Positions 9,962-22,462 of a DNA stretch of 64,000 nt are shown one piece after another (the first letter of the stretch is position 1; every line of letters starts with the position of its first letter). Location: contig CAVSGG010000008.1 of the NCBI GenBank assembly GCA_963727455.1, positions 256,001-320,000 on the forward strand, written 5' to 3'. A program made the translations under genes and the position numbers. This stretch comes from Candidatus Krumholzibacteriota bacterium. Lineage in GTDB: Bacteria; Krumholzibacteriota; Krumholzibacteriia; JAJRXK01. The notes under the pieces are model-generated. The model had not been told where the DNA came from. It searched no databases and saw nothing but the letters and a program-made list of their open reading frames with translations.

Positions 9962-10834
9962 ATGTCGCAGACGGCTTGGCTCGTGGACGGCACTGCCTAC
10001 GTCTTCCGTTCATACTATTCGATGCGCCCCATCTCGGCTCCCGACGGCACACCGGTAAACGCGGTGTTCGGACTGGGCATGACCTTGCAACGCTTTCTGC
10101 ACGACGAGAGCCCGAGTCATCTCGCGGTGATCTTCGATGCGGGGCGCACGACCTTCCGCAATGAGATCTACCCCGAGTACAAAGCGAACCGCGGGGAACC
10201 GCCCGAGGAACTCGCGCTTCAGTTCGACCTGTGTCCCGCGCTCACCAAGGCCATGGGAATCGCCACCTTCCTAAAGAAGGGCTTCGAGGCGGATGACTTG
10301 CTCGCCAGCATGGCCGCTCGGCTCGTGAAGCGAGGGTTCGAAGTGAGAGTCGTCACCGGAGACAAGGACCTCTCGCAAATCCTCGGGCCCGGACTGAGGA
10401 TCTACGACCTGGCAAAGGGCAGGCACTTCGGTGCCGAGGAAGTCCCGAGCCTGCTGGGGGTTCGCTCCGACCAGGTAGTCGACCTTCTGGCACTGATGGG
10501 TGACAGCAGCGACAATATTCCCGGAGTCCCCGGCGTCGGTAAGAAGAGCGCCATCGCACTCCTCGCCGCCTTCGCGGATCTGGACGCGATCTACGAGAAC
10601 CTCGAGGCAATCGAGTCCCTCCAACTCCGCGGGGCCAAAAGCCTGCGCAAGAAGCTGGAGGCCGGCCGCGAAAGCGCCTACCTCAGCCGAAACCTGGTGA
10701 GGCTGCGCCAGGACATACCCTTGAACTTTGAACCTGCAAATCTGCGTTACGTCGGGGCGGAAAGAGAAGCGCTCGACGAGTTCGCCGAGCGCTGGGGCTT
10801 ACGCCGCGTAGCGGCGCGTGTGCCACGCCGATGA
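9962..10834 (+). CDS. Stand-alone 5'-3' exonuclease / flap endonuclease (PolA N-terminal domain, ExoIX-like)
   Basis: LVDG, YKANR, EADD, TGDKDL, LMGDSSDNIPGVPGVGKK (H3TH). Confidence 0.92.
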   Translation: MSQTAWLVDGTAYVFRSYYSMRPISAPDGTPVNAVFGLGMTLQRFLHDESPSHLAVIFDAGRTTFRNEIYPEYKANRGEPPEELALQFDLCPALTKAMGIATFLKKGFEADDLLASMAARLVKRGFEVRVVTGDKDLSQILGPGLRIYDLAKGRHFGAEEVPSLLGVRSDQVVDLLALMGDSSDNIPGVPGVGKKSAIALLAAFADLDAIYENLEAIESLQLRGAKSLRKKLEAGRESAYLSRNLVRLRQDIPLNFEPANLRYVGAEREALDEFAERWGLRRVAARVPRR

Positions 10835-10846
10835 GTTAGGAGCGAT

Positions 10847-11113
10847 CTAGAACACCTCGTCGTCGATCGCAGCCAGAAGTCGCTTTGCCTCTTCGAGCTG
10901 CTCCGATGGGACCCGGACCCGTAGTTCACCGGAACCGAGCGCTGCGGCATCGCGAACTGCGCGTTCGAGGACTTCCGTGGTGTATCGGATACCCGCCCAC
11001 TGCAACTTCGACTCGCAGAGCATCACCAAATCCGAGCGGCGCGTCTCCAGCAAGGGAACTGTGGGGCTTTGTCCCGCGTGCCGAGTCACCGGTGGCGTCA
11101 CGAAATCAACCAT
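10847..11113 (-). CDS. Small hypothetical protein, DUF2007-like
   Basis: GAGGAGG RBS before ATG 11113; 'SKLQWAGI...LRVRVPSEQLEEAKRLL' pattern. Confidence 0.55.
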   Translation of the reverse strand: MVDFVTPPVTRHAGQSPTVPLLETRRSDLVMLCESKLQWAGIRYTTEVLERAVRDAAALGSGELRVRVPSEQLEEAKRLLAAIDDEVF

Positions 11114-11394
11114 GCCGGCCTCCTCGTTTCTGCTTCGCGGCGGGAAAAGTACCGGCACGGGGTGTCGATCTGAGGTGCGAGGCAGAGCGGGCTTCCCGCC
11201 AATCGCGAGCGCAAAGAAAGTGGAACTCTCTTCCGCCAGCGATCATTTACAGGCTACTATAGGATTCGACTTTTCACCACGAGGGATCGCTGAAAAATCT
11301 GGGGACAAAATCAGTCTGTGAGTGAACGAGCTGACGGGCAATCCCGCAGAGAGGAGCCCTGTCGGCTGAGCCGGAGCAACGGGGGCCGGCAAGC

Positions 11395-11739
11395 TCACCG
11401 GGTCTCTACCTCGAGCGAATCCGTCGAGACGATCGTGAGCACTTTGACATCCGCCATGGCGGGGGTGAAGTAGCCGGCTTCAGCCCGACTGAGGCGGCCA
11501 TTGCCGAAGTTTACGGCGAGCTTGAGTTGCCCGTCCTGCTTGAGCTTGAGGGGTACGCGCAGGTCCTCCCCGGCCCGCAGTCCGGGGAAATCCTGATACG
11601 AGCCCATCACCTCCGCCTGCAGTCCTTTCACCGCGACCCCTGAGCGATTGTGAATCTCGAGCGAGGGCGGCGGGCTCGTCACCGCCACCATGAGCAAGGC
11701 CACGAAAGAAAGCAACAGGATGCCGATGATGATGCGCAT
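11395..11739 (-). CDS. Hypothetical membrane-anchored/secreted small beta-domain protein
   Basis: N-terminal hydrophobic helix MRIIIGILLLSFVALLMVAV followed by 'LEIHNRSG..V'. Confidence 0.6.
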   Translation of the reverse strand: MRIIIGILLLSFVALLMVAVTSPPPSLEIHNRSGVAVKGLQAEVMGSYQDFPGLRAGEDLRVPLKLKQDGQLKLAVNFGNGRLSRAEAGYFTPAMADVKVLTIVSTDSLEVETR

Positions 11740-12021
11740 GTTTCGCCACTGAGGGTGAGGATACGAAAGGCTCCCCCGCATGGTTGCCACTGGAGGGAGC
11801 GGTCGTCACCTGAACGAAACCAGGGGTTTGCAGGAATCGGACCGCTTATTCCCCCCGCTCTAGGTGGAGTCCGAGAATGTCTGCGAATTCCCCTGAGGGC
11901 TTTGCTCTTGCCAGCTCGCGGCCTCTGACCTACCCTAGCAAACCGTATATTTTGCAATCCCATTGGCTCGCGGGGGATTCAAGTCCTTCCCTGGGCTCTT
12001 CGACCAAGGACCTGTCAAAGC

Positions 12022-13173
12022 ATGAGATACGTCCTCTTCGGCGCCGGGCAGCAAGGCCGCGCCATTGCCTTCGACCTACTCCGCGATCCCGAATCGGAAA
12101 TCGTGATCGTCGACAGCAACCCCGAGCAGCTCGACGAAGTCTGCTCGTGGCTGGACGACCCCCGGGTCGAGCCGGAGCCCATCGACGCCGAGAATCGGGA
12201 AGAATGCCGCGTCGTCATGGAAGACATGGACGTGGCGATCAACGCCCTGCCCTATCGCTTCAATTTGCTGCTCACCGAAGACGCCATCGAGATGAAAAAG
12301 CACCTGGTCGATCTGGGCGGAAACAACTCCGTGGTCGAACAGCAGCTGGAGCTGGACTCCGCGGCCAAGGAGGCGGGAATCGTGGTGATTCCCGATTGCG
12401 GGCTCGCACCGGGTTTGGCGGTGCTTCTGGCGGCCGACGCTTGCGCGCGTCTCACGCGGGTCGACAGTCTCAACATCAGAGTGGGCGGGCTTCCGCAGAA
12501 AGCGCAGGGCGATTTCGGGTACATGCTCACCTTCAACGTGGAGGGTCTGCTCAACGAATACAGCGAGCCTTGCTTGGTGATGCGCGGGGGCGAGTTGCTC
12601 AGTGTCGAGCCCCTCACGGAGATCGAACCCATCCGCTTCGGTGAGCCCTTCTCCGAGCTGGAGTGTTTCAATACCTCGGGTGGACTCTCCACTCTCCCCC
12701 GTACCTTGGGCCACAAGGTCAACAACATGGATTACAAGACCATCCGTTACCCCGGCCACGGGGAGCAGATGAGAAGGTTCTACGAGGAAGGCATGTTTTC
12801 GCGGGAGCCCAAGGAGTCCGAGGACGGTAGCACCTTCATTCCCCGCGAGCAGCTGGCGGAACTCATCCGCGAGCAGTGCAGCTATCAGGAAGCCGACGTC
12901 GTCCTGCTCCGCGTGAGTGCCGAGGGAATGAAGAACAACATCCCTCTGGTCGTGAAGACGCAGATCGTGGATCGCTTCGACCGCGAGAACGGAATCACCG
13001 CGATGATGCGGATGACCGCCTACCCGACCGCGATCATAGCCTCGATGATCGCCAAGGGGCAGGTCGAGGCACGAGGTGTGGTCCCTCTGGAACGCAGCGT
13101 TCCCGCGGAGATCTTTCGCGCCGAATTGGCCCACCGTGACATTCAATTGGAGGAGATGGTCAAGGCCCTCTAG
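12022..13173 (+). CDS. Saccharopine dehydrogenase / lysine 6-dehydrogenase family protein
   Basis: FGAGQQG, NALPY, DLGGN, DCGLAPG, VGGLP, FNTSGG, YKTIRYPGH, AMMRMTAYP. Confidence 0.88.
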   Translation: MRYVLFGAGQQGRAIAFDLLRDPESEIVIVDSNPEQLDEVCSWLDDPRVEPEPIDAENREECRVVMEDMDVAINALPYRFNLLLTEDAIEMKKHLVDLGGNNSVVEQQLELDSAAKEAGIVVIPDCGLAPGLAVLLAADACARLTRVDSLNIRVGGLPQKAQGDFGYMLTFNVEGLLNEYSEPCLVMRGGELLSVEPLTEIEPIRFGEPFSELECFNTSGGLSTLPRTLGHKVNNMDYKTIRYPGHGEQMRRFYEEGMFSREPKESEDGSTFIPREQLAELIREQCSYQEADVVLLRVSAEGMKNNIPLVVKTQIVDRFDRENGITAMMRMTAYPTAIIASMIAKGQVEARGVVPLERSVPAEIFRAELAHRDIQLEEMVKAL

Positions 13174-13184
13174 AAAGGAAGCCC

Positions 13185-14939
13185 ATGGAAGGGCAGCACA
13201 CCCCGCTCTACAAGCTCTCGATCGTCGACATTGCCGCCCGCCATCTCGAGGTACAGATCAGCCTGGATGGACCTTTCGACCGGCGCTTGAGGCTGTGGAT
13301 GCCAGCCTGGGTGCCCGGCTCCTACCTCCTCCGCGAGTACGCCGGTCACGTCATTCGTCTCGATGCCTTCAACGGCGAGTCGCCGCTCGCCTGCCAAAAA
13401 ACGGACAAATCGAGTTGGGAGGTAGACACCAAGGGAGCGAGTTCCCTACGTGTGGTCTACCGCGTTTTCGCGCCGGAGCTTACGGTGCGCACCAATGACA
13501 TCACCGACCAACATGCGTTCGTCAATCCCGCCGGCACCTTCTTGGCGATCGAGGGTTTGGAAGAACGGCCGGCTCGGCTCGAGGTGATATGTCCCAAGGG
13601 TTGGTCGGTCCATACCGCGCTTCCCGGCGACGGAAAGAACGTCTTCGAGGTGGCCGACTTCGACACTCTAGTGGACAGCCCTCTGGAGATGGGAACGATG
13701 CCGGTGCAGGAATTCACCGTGGCTGGGGTGAAGCACCAGTTGGTGATCGAGGGAGAGGGTAACTACGATCTGGGTGCGATGCTGAAGGACATGGCGGCGA
13801 TCGTGGCGGAGGAGTCAAAGATCTTCGGCGGACTCCCTCCCGACCTGAAACGCTATCTCTTCATCCTTCTTCTCACCGAGAACGGGATGGGCGGGCTCGA
13901 GCATTGCATGAGCACCGCCCTTGCCTGGCCCAGGCTGGGATTTCGGCCCGAAATCGAATATCACCGCTTTCTCACGCTCATCGCGCACGAGTATTTCCAC
14001 ATCTGGAACGTCAAACGAATCCGGCCCGAGCTCTTCTTGAATTACGACTACCGTCGGGAGACCCACACGCGTCTCCTGTGGGCTTTCGAAGGTGTCACCA
14101 ATTACTACGACGAACTCGTTCCCATGCGGGCAGGTGTATACGGCGTGAAACGCTACCTGGAGTTCACGGCGGAGAACATTCGCGCGGAATGGGCGCGTCC
14201 CGGCAATCAGGTGCAGTCCGTATCCGACTCCTCCTTCGACACCTGGATCAAACTCTACCGGCCCAGCATCGATGGACAGAACTCTCAGGTGAGCTACTAC
14301 CAGCGAGGCATGTTGGTGGCCTTGCTCCTCGATCTGGAACTGCGGCGACGGAGCGGAGACGAAAAGAGCTTGGATCACGTCATGCGCTATCTCTGGTCCA
14401 AGGTCTACGCGGCCGGAGAAGGTGTGGCCGAAGGGAGCTATCACGAAATCGTCAAGGCGGCCACGGGAATCGACGTAAAGGAACTCCTCGACGAGTACAT
14501 CGAGGGTACAAAGAAGCTGGATTACGAGGAAGCCCTGGCGCACGTCGGCCTGAAGATCGAGAAGAAGCCACTGGAAGGCGAGGAAGTCGAGTCGGCCTGG
14601 CTCGGAGCCAGCGTACAAGTCAAGGAGGGGCGAAGCGTGCTCTCGAGCGTGCTCCGCGGAGGCTCCGCACATGCCGCTGGACTCATGGCGGAAGACGTGA
14701 TCGTCGCCTTGAACGATCTGGAAGTCACGAGCGATCTGGAGAAGCGTCTGAAGCTGTACCGTCCTCAGGAGACGGTTCGGTGGCACGCCTTCCGGCACGG
14801 ACGTCTCGTTCATGGTACGATGAAATTTCTCGAAAACCCCTATCCCCCGATGCGTCTGGTGGCGGTCGAGAACCGTACCGAGGCCCAGAGGAAGAGCTTC
14901 CTCGCCTGGGCAGGTAGAGAGTACGAGCCGAAGAGCTGA
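13185..14939 (+). CDS. M61 glycyl aminopeptidase with PDZ domain
   Basis: MPAWVPGSY, GGLEH, AHEYFHIWNVKRIRP (HExxH), LWAFEGVTNYY, C-terminal PDZ (AAGLMAEDVIVALND). Confidence 0.93.
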   Translation: MEGQHTPLYKLSIVDIAARHLEVQISLDGPFDRRLRLWMPAWVPGSYLLREYAGHVIRLDAFNGESPLACQKTDKSSWEVDTKGASSLRVVYRVFAPELTVRTNDITDQHAFVNPAGTFLAIEGLEERPARLEVICPKGWSVHTALPGDGKNVFEVADFDTLVDSPLEMGTMPVQEFTVAGVKHQLVIEGEGNYDLGAMLKDMAAIVAEESKIFGGLPPDLKRYLFILLLTENGMGGLEHCMSTALAWPRLGFRPEIEYHRFLTLIAHEYFHIWNVKRIRPELFLNYDYRRETHTRLLWAFEGVTNYYDELVPMRAGVYGVKRYLEFTAENIRAEWARPGNQVQSVSDSSFDTWIKLYRPSIDGQNSQVSYYQRGMLVALLLDLELRRRSGDEKSLDHVMRYLWSKVYAAGEGVAEGSYHEIVKAATGIDVKELLDEYIEGTKKLDYEEALAHVGLKIEKKPLEGEEVESAWLGASVQVKEGRSVLSSVLRGGSAHAAGLMAEDVIVALNDLEVTSDLEKRLKLYRPQETVRWHAFRHGRLVHGTMKFLENPYPPMRLVAVENRTEAQRKSFLAWAGREYEPKS

Positions 14940-14983
14940 AAGCTAGGCGTTTCCCCTCGATCGAAGCCCAAGAGGCGGAGTCG

Positions 14984-17088
14984 ATGGCCTCTGTAAACCC
15001 CCGAGATAGAATCCTACAGGAATTTCCTCCCGAGGAGACCGGGGTCTGGCGAGAGTCTGCCGTCGCGCTCTTGGGCGAGAAGGCCTTCGAGGAGTTGCTG
15101 CGGAGAACGACTGTCGAAGGTATCCCGCTTCTACCCATCTATCGCAGCGAAGATCTCAGGGACATTCCCTACCGAAATTCCCCGCCGGGTTTTGCTCCCT
15201 TCGTCCGAGGCAACCAGTCGTACCGGGAGCAGGGCTGGTGGATTGCCCAGGAATTCGGCGAACACGACCCTCTCAGCACTCGTGACGCCGCAACCCTTCA
15301 GGCCCTGCGAGAAAGGGAGATCCTCAACCTATCTCTCAGTCTCGCCTCGCGCCGCGGTAACTCCTCCCTTTCGGTGGACGAGCTGGATACCATCCTGGAA
15401 GGGGCTGAAATCGTCTCGACCCCGGTCTTCCTCGATGCCGGAGCGTTGAGCCTTCAGCCCCTGGCTGTGCTTGGTGCCTACTGGGAACGCTACGGGCTGA
15501 AGCCGGACCAATGGCAAGGCGCCATCGCGTCCGATCCCCTCGGTGCAGCTGCCCGCGACGGAGAGCTTCCGCATTCCCTCTCGCGAAGTTTCGATGAACT
15601 GGCGGCGACCACTCTCTGGTGCGCAAAACACGCTCCCCAGCTGGGAACACTCTGGTGCCACGGAGAGGTCTGGCACGATGGAGGTGCGGACGCTGCCCAG
15701 GAACTCGGTTATTGCATGGCGACGGTGGTCGCGAGTCTGCGAGAGCTGGAGGCTCGCGGAGTAGAAGTCTCCACTGCGGCTGCTCATCTTCGTCTGAGTC
15801 TCGCGCTTGGGCCCAACTTCTTCAGCGAGATCGCGAAGCTGCGCGCGTCCCGGCTGCTGCTCTTCCGAGTGCTACAGAGCTGTGGAGTCACCCCAGAGAA
15901 CTGTCACGCGCCCCTGCACGCGAGGAGTTCGCGACGCTCCATGACGCGCGATGAGGCCCATCTGAACCTCTTGCGAACGACCACCGAGGCGTTCAGCGCT
16001 GCCGTTGGCGGCGCAGACAGCATTCATGTCGATGCGTTCGACGCGAGTCTCATGCGAGAGTCACAGCTCTCGCGCCGTCTCGCTCGGAACCTGCAGTACA
16101 TCCTCCAGGACGAAGCCCTCATTGGCGCGGTGATGGATCCCGGCGGTGGATCCTACTACCTCGAGCGAATGACGACCGAACTTGCATGCAGGTCCTGGGA
16201 GTTTCTTCAGGCGATTGAGGCCCAAGGAGGAATGGAGTGCGCCCTCAGACAGGGGACGGTGCAGGAGACGATCGCCGCCACCGCGAAGGAGAACGCAAGA
16301 CGGGCGGATTTGGGCCGGCTCGTGCGGATTGGAATCAACAAGTACCCCGCCGAGAGTTCCGCACCCGGGCTGGCCGCCTCCGCGGAGCAAGGCTCTGAAC
16401 GCAAGCTCCGGGGAGCGGACGCGGTCACCCAGCGGGATCCTCAGCGGATTCGTGCGGCTGAAACGGCTCTGGCGAAAGCGGCCCTGACCGACGGCTCTTT
16501 CTTGAAAGCGGCCGATGCGGAGAAACTCGCCGCAGCCGCGCTGGCAGCCGCGGCGGCACGTTTGAATTTCAGCGAGCTTTCGATCGTTCTCAGCCGCAGC
16601 GAAAGGGCCGACAATTTCTCAGTCGAGTCGATTCCGCTGCGACGCGAAGCTGCTCCCTTCGAGGAATTCCGGGAGAGAGTCGAGAGAGCGCGCGCTGGCG
16701 GCGTGGCGTTGCGGGTCTTTCCGGTGGACTTGGGACCGGCCGCGACGCGCCCCCCCCGATTGAAGTTTGCCAGCTCATTCTTCCGGGTGGGAGGTTTCGA
16801 GTTGATCTCCACCTCGGCCGACGCGGAGGACACCGAGCAACTGCGAGCCGCGGAGAAACGCGGCGGGGGGATCCTACTTATCCTGGGCCTTGACGAGACG
16901 AACTTGAAGAGCGCAGAGAACTTGGCTAGAAAGTGGAAAACGCGCGCCGAAAACCTCGTGGTGGTAGAGCTCGCGAACCCACGACTCAAAGAGCATCTCG
17001 CCGGAGCAGATGTCGACTTGTTCCTCGATCGCGAGAGCCCAATTCTGGCATCGCTCGAACCCCTCGCGGCTCGACTGGGGGTCAGCGC

Positions 17089-17092
<4 letters not shown>
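14984..17092 (+). CDS. mutA: Methylmalonyl-CoA mutase small (beta) subunit
   Basis: [61 protein letters not shown]; lacks the DxHxxG B12 motif; ATGA overlap with the large subunit. Confidence 0.88.
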
Positions 17093-19247
<2,155 letters not shown>

Positions 19248-19251
<4 letters not shown>

Positions 19252-20258
19252 GCTCGCCGCGCGAGATTCTCGCCGCCCAGGACTACGTCGAGGGTGTGCT
19301 TTCCGGAGATCGCAGCCTTCTGGGCCGCGCAATCACCCTCATCGAGTCCAACGCTGAGCAGCATCAGGAACGCGCGCAGGAGGTGCTGGCGGCGCTTCTG
19401 CCGGCGGCGGGAAAGTCCGTCCGAATGGGCATCAGCGGTCTACCGGGCTCCGGCAAGAGCACGCTCGTGGAAACTCTGGGCCACAAGCTCACGAGCGAAG
19501 GCCATCGGCTGGCGGTCCTGGCGGTCGATCCCTCCAGCAGCCTTAGCAAGGGCAGCATCTTGGGTGACAAGACCCGGATGGAGAATCTGGCCAGAGACCC
19601 GAGTGCGTTCATCCGGCCCAGCCCCAGTGGCGGTACGCTCGGGGGAGTTGCGCGCAAGACACGGGAAACCATGGTTCTCTTCGAAGCAGCGGGCTACGAC
19701 GTTTTGATCGTGGAAACGGTGGGGGTGGGACAGAGCGAGATCAGTGTGCGTGGGATGGTAGATTTCTTCCTGCTCGTTCTCATCGCGGGCGCGGGAGATG
19801 AGCTGCAGGGAATCAAACGCGGCATCATTGAAATCGCCGACGGAATTCTCATCAACAAGGCGGATGGTGAAAACCGCGAAGCCGCAGAAGAAGCTCGCGC
19901 GAGTTACGAGCGGGCACTCCAGTTCCTGTCTCCCGCCACCGCGGGGTGGACGACTCCGGTAAGAAGTTGTTCAGCGCTCCATGGAGAGGGAATCGTGGAA
20001 ACCTGGCAGATGGTCGAAGAATTCACGGCGCGGGCTCGACAGAACGGCGTATTCGACCAGAGGCGCAAACGGCAATCCCTCGATTGGTTGCACAAGATGG
20101 TCGAGGAGCGTCTGCATAACGCCTTCTACCACGACGAGGCAGTTCGAAGTATGCTCGATGAGGTCGAGCAGGAGGTCCTGGGTGATCGCATGCCGGTGAC
20201 GCAGGCTGCCTGGAAACTACTCGAAGCCTGGGACATGAACTCCAAGGAGCCCGGCTGA
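19248..20258 (+). CDS. meaB: Methylmalonyl-CoA mutase-associated GTPase
   Basis: [44 protein letters not shown]. Confidence 0.95.
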
Positions 20259-20318
20259 GGCACTTCAGAACTTGGGAGGCGGCGAGGTGCCGTCCCCGTT
20301 CGAAACGAAGCGAGAACC

Positions 20319-20666
20319 ATGTTGGCAATCCAAATTCTGATTCTCCTGTTCTGTCTCTTCGCGCTCATCACCATCTGGCGACGACAGAGCCAGGGCAAGA
20401 TGGCTCGCCTGCCAGCCGCACTCTGGAGCGTCTTTTGGATCGCGGTGGGAATCGTGGTGCTCCGGCCGGAATTCACCACTCTGCTGGCGCATCTTCTAGG
20501 AGTCGGACGCGGCGTCGATCTCGTCACCTATCTGGCCCTGCTCGCGGTATTCTACCTGCTTTTGCGCCTATTCACCCGTCTGGAGGAACTGGAAAGGGAC
20601 ATCACGAAGCTGGTACGCGAGATCGCGCTCGAGCGGGCCCGGCTGAAGGATGAGTCAAAACCCTAA
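20319..20666 (+). CDS. DUF2304 family small membrane protein
   Basis: Three TM helices, 'LLGVGRGVDLVTY' and 'ERDITKLVREIAL'. Confidence 0.85.
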   Translation: MLAIQILILLFCLFALITIWRRQSQGKMARLPAALWSVFWIAVGIVVLRPEFTTLLAHLLGVGRGVDLVTYLALLAVFYLLLRLFTRLEELERDITKLVREIALERARLKDESKP

Positions 20667-22453
20667 ATCCGCTTGCATGCCCGGTTCAGCCAGCGCTGGT
20701 CCTTCTCCCCGAGCTTCTTGCCCAGCTTTTTCTTCACCCACGCGTGGTAGTCGTTGATCCAACGGCGCTCAGCCTGAGAAAGCAGCTTGGTCTCGATCAG
20801 ATTCGTATCCAGCGGACAGCAAGTCAGATCCTCGAAGCGGTACCAAGTCTCTTCGGCTCGGGAGAGTTCCTCATCCTTGCGTACCAGCACGAGGTTCTCG
20901 ATGCGAATGCCGAAGGCACCGGGCTCGTAGTAGCCCGGTTCGTTGGAAAGGACGTTGCCCTCTTCCAATGCGACGCCGGTGCATCGAGTGGGGCTGATAG
21001 CCTGTGGACCCTCATGCACGTTCAAGTATGCCCCAACCCCGTGTCCGGTTCCGTGGTTGTAATCGAAACCGTCCTCCCACAAGAACATCCGGGCGAGAGT
21101 ATCCAAGCGCATCCCCCGGACGCCACGCGGAAAGCGAGCTCGCGCGAGTGCAATATGACCTTGTAGCACTCGGGTGTACCGGCGACGCTGCTCGCGAGTC
21201 GCGCTTCCTCCCAACAGCCAGGTGCGCGTGATATCGGTGGTTCCATCCAGGTACTGCCCCCCCGAATCGATCAGATAAATGCCCTTGGGCTTCAGCTGGA
21301 CGTTGCTCTCCTCGTCCGCGGAGTAGTGGATGACCGCCCCGTGTGCGGCGTATGCGCTGATCGATTCGAAGGAAAGGCCGCGGAAATGCCTCCCGCGCGC
21401 GCGGAAGCCCTCGAGTTTGGCCGCGGCGCTCAGCTCGGTGATCCCGCCGCTCTTCAGGTTCTCAAAGAGCCAGCTCAAGAACCTCACCATGGCGACTCCA
21501 TCACGGACGTGCGCGGCCCGCATGCCTTTGATTTCCACTGCATTCTTGGCGGATTTCATCCGGAGCACCGGCGAGGGCTCGCTATGCAAACGCGCGCCCG
21601 CCAGCAGGTCTACCACCCAGGAATTCGCGGTAGCGCCGTCGACCCACACGCGGGCCTTTCTCCGCGATAGTGTCTTCAGCGCGCTTGCGATGGTCTGATA
21701 GCCGCGCACGCGTACTGATCGGCCGAGATGCCTGCGCACCGCGGGAGTGACCTTCTTGAGGTCCACGAAGAGAGTGGCGTCCTTCAAAGTCACGAGCGCG
21801 TAGGAAATGACCACGGGATTGTACTGAACGTCTCTCCCGCGAATGTTGAAAGTCCAGGCGATCGCATCCAAGGTGGTCAAGAGATGCGCCTCGACCCCGC
21901 GTTCTTTCATGTCCTTTCGGATGCGCCGCAGCTTGCTCGCAGAGGACTCTCCCGTGAAGGCCTTGGCCAGAGGAACGATGGGATCGCCGGGCATTCCCGG
22001 TCGATCACTCCAAACGGTATCGACGAGGTTTTCCGGCACCGGTTTGAGCCTCGCGCCGGTTTTCTCGAGTTGCTGCTTCAGCGCTTCGGCCCTGAGCAGA
22101 CTGAGAGTACGCGGATCGGCCCCCAGCTTGTCGCCCTTACCCAACTCGCGTCTCAAGAACTCAGCGATGGAGGGCACCCCAGGGTTGCCTGCTCGATAGA
22201 GCTTGATGCCGCTCCCCTTCAGCTGCTGCGCAGCCTGCAGGAAGTAGCGCCCGTCGGTCCATAGTCCCGCCTTGTTTGGGAGAACCAACAGATCACCGGC
22301 GCTTCCGGTGAATCCGCTCATGTAGGCTCGCCTTCGAAAGCACTCGGGCAGGTATTCGCTGTCATGAGCGTCCGTGCTCGGCACGAGATAGGCGCTGAGA
22401 CCTTTCTTTTGCATGAGCTGACGCAGCTTGGAGAGTTTTTCGCGAGTCTTCAT
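20663..22453 (-). CDS. Xaa-Pro aminopeptidase (aminopeptidase P, M24B)
   Basis: DAHDSEY, GFTGSAG, TDGRY, DSGGQYLDGTTDITRT, HGTGHGVG, SNEPGYY, GIRIEN. Confidence 0.95.
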   Translation of the reverse strand: MKTREKLSKLRQLMQKKGLSAYLVPSTDAHDSEYLPECFRRRAYMSGFTGSAGDLLVLPNKAGLWTDGRYFLQAAQQLKGSGIKLYRAGNPGVPSIAEFLRRELGKGDKLGADPRTLSLLRAEALKQQLEKTGARLKPVPENLVDTVWSDRPGMPGDPIVPLAKAFTGESSASKLRRIRKDMKERGVEAHLLTTLDAIAWTFNIRGRDVQYNPVVISYALVTLKDATLFVDLKKVTPAVRRHLGRSVRVRGYQTIASALKTLSRRKARVWVDGATANSWVVDLLAGARLHSEPSPVLRMKSAKNAVEIKGMRAAHVRDGVAMVRFLSWLFENLKSGGITELSAAAKLEGFRARGRHFRGLSFESISAYAAHGAVIHYSADEESNVQLKPKGIYLIDSGGQYLDGTTDITRTWLLGGSATREQRRRYTRVLQGHIALARARFPRGVRGMRLDTLARMFLWEDGFDYNHGTGHGVGAYLNVHEGPQAISPTRCTGVALEEGNVLSNEPGYYEPGAFGIRIENLVLVRKDEELSRAEETWYRFEDLTCCPLDTNLIETKLLSQAERRWINDYHAWVKKKLGKKLGEKDQRWLNRACKRI

Positions 22454-22462
22454 CTCACTCCT

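Noticed and set aside
11230-11394. Possible c-di-AMP (ydaO) riboswitch (CCCGTCAGCT on the minus strand) and a CAGCGATC/GATCGCTG inverted repeat
   Set aside because: The other conserved ydaO elements are absent; only simple hairpins are present
16480-16565. Ala-rich GCC/GCG run as a tandem repeat
   Set aside because: It is simply an Ala-rich helix within mutA
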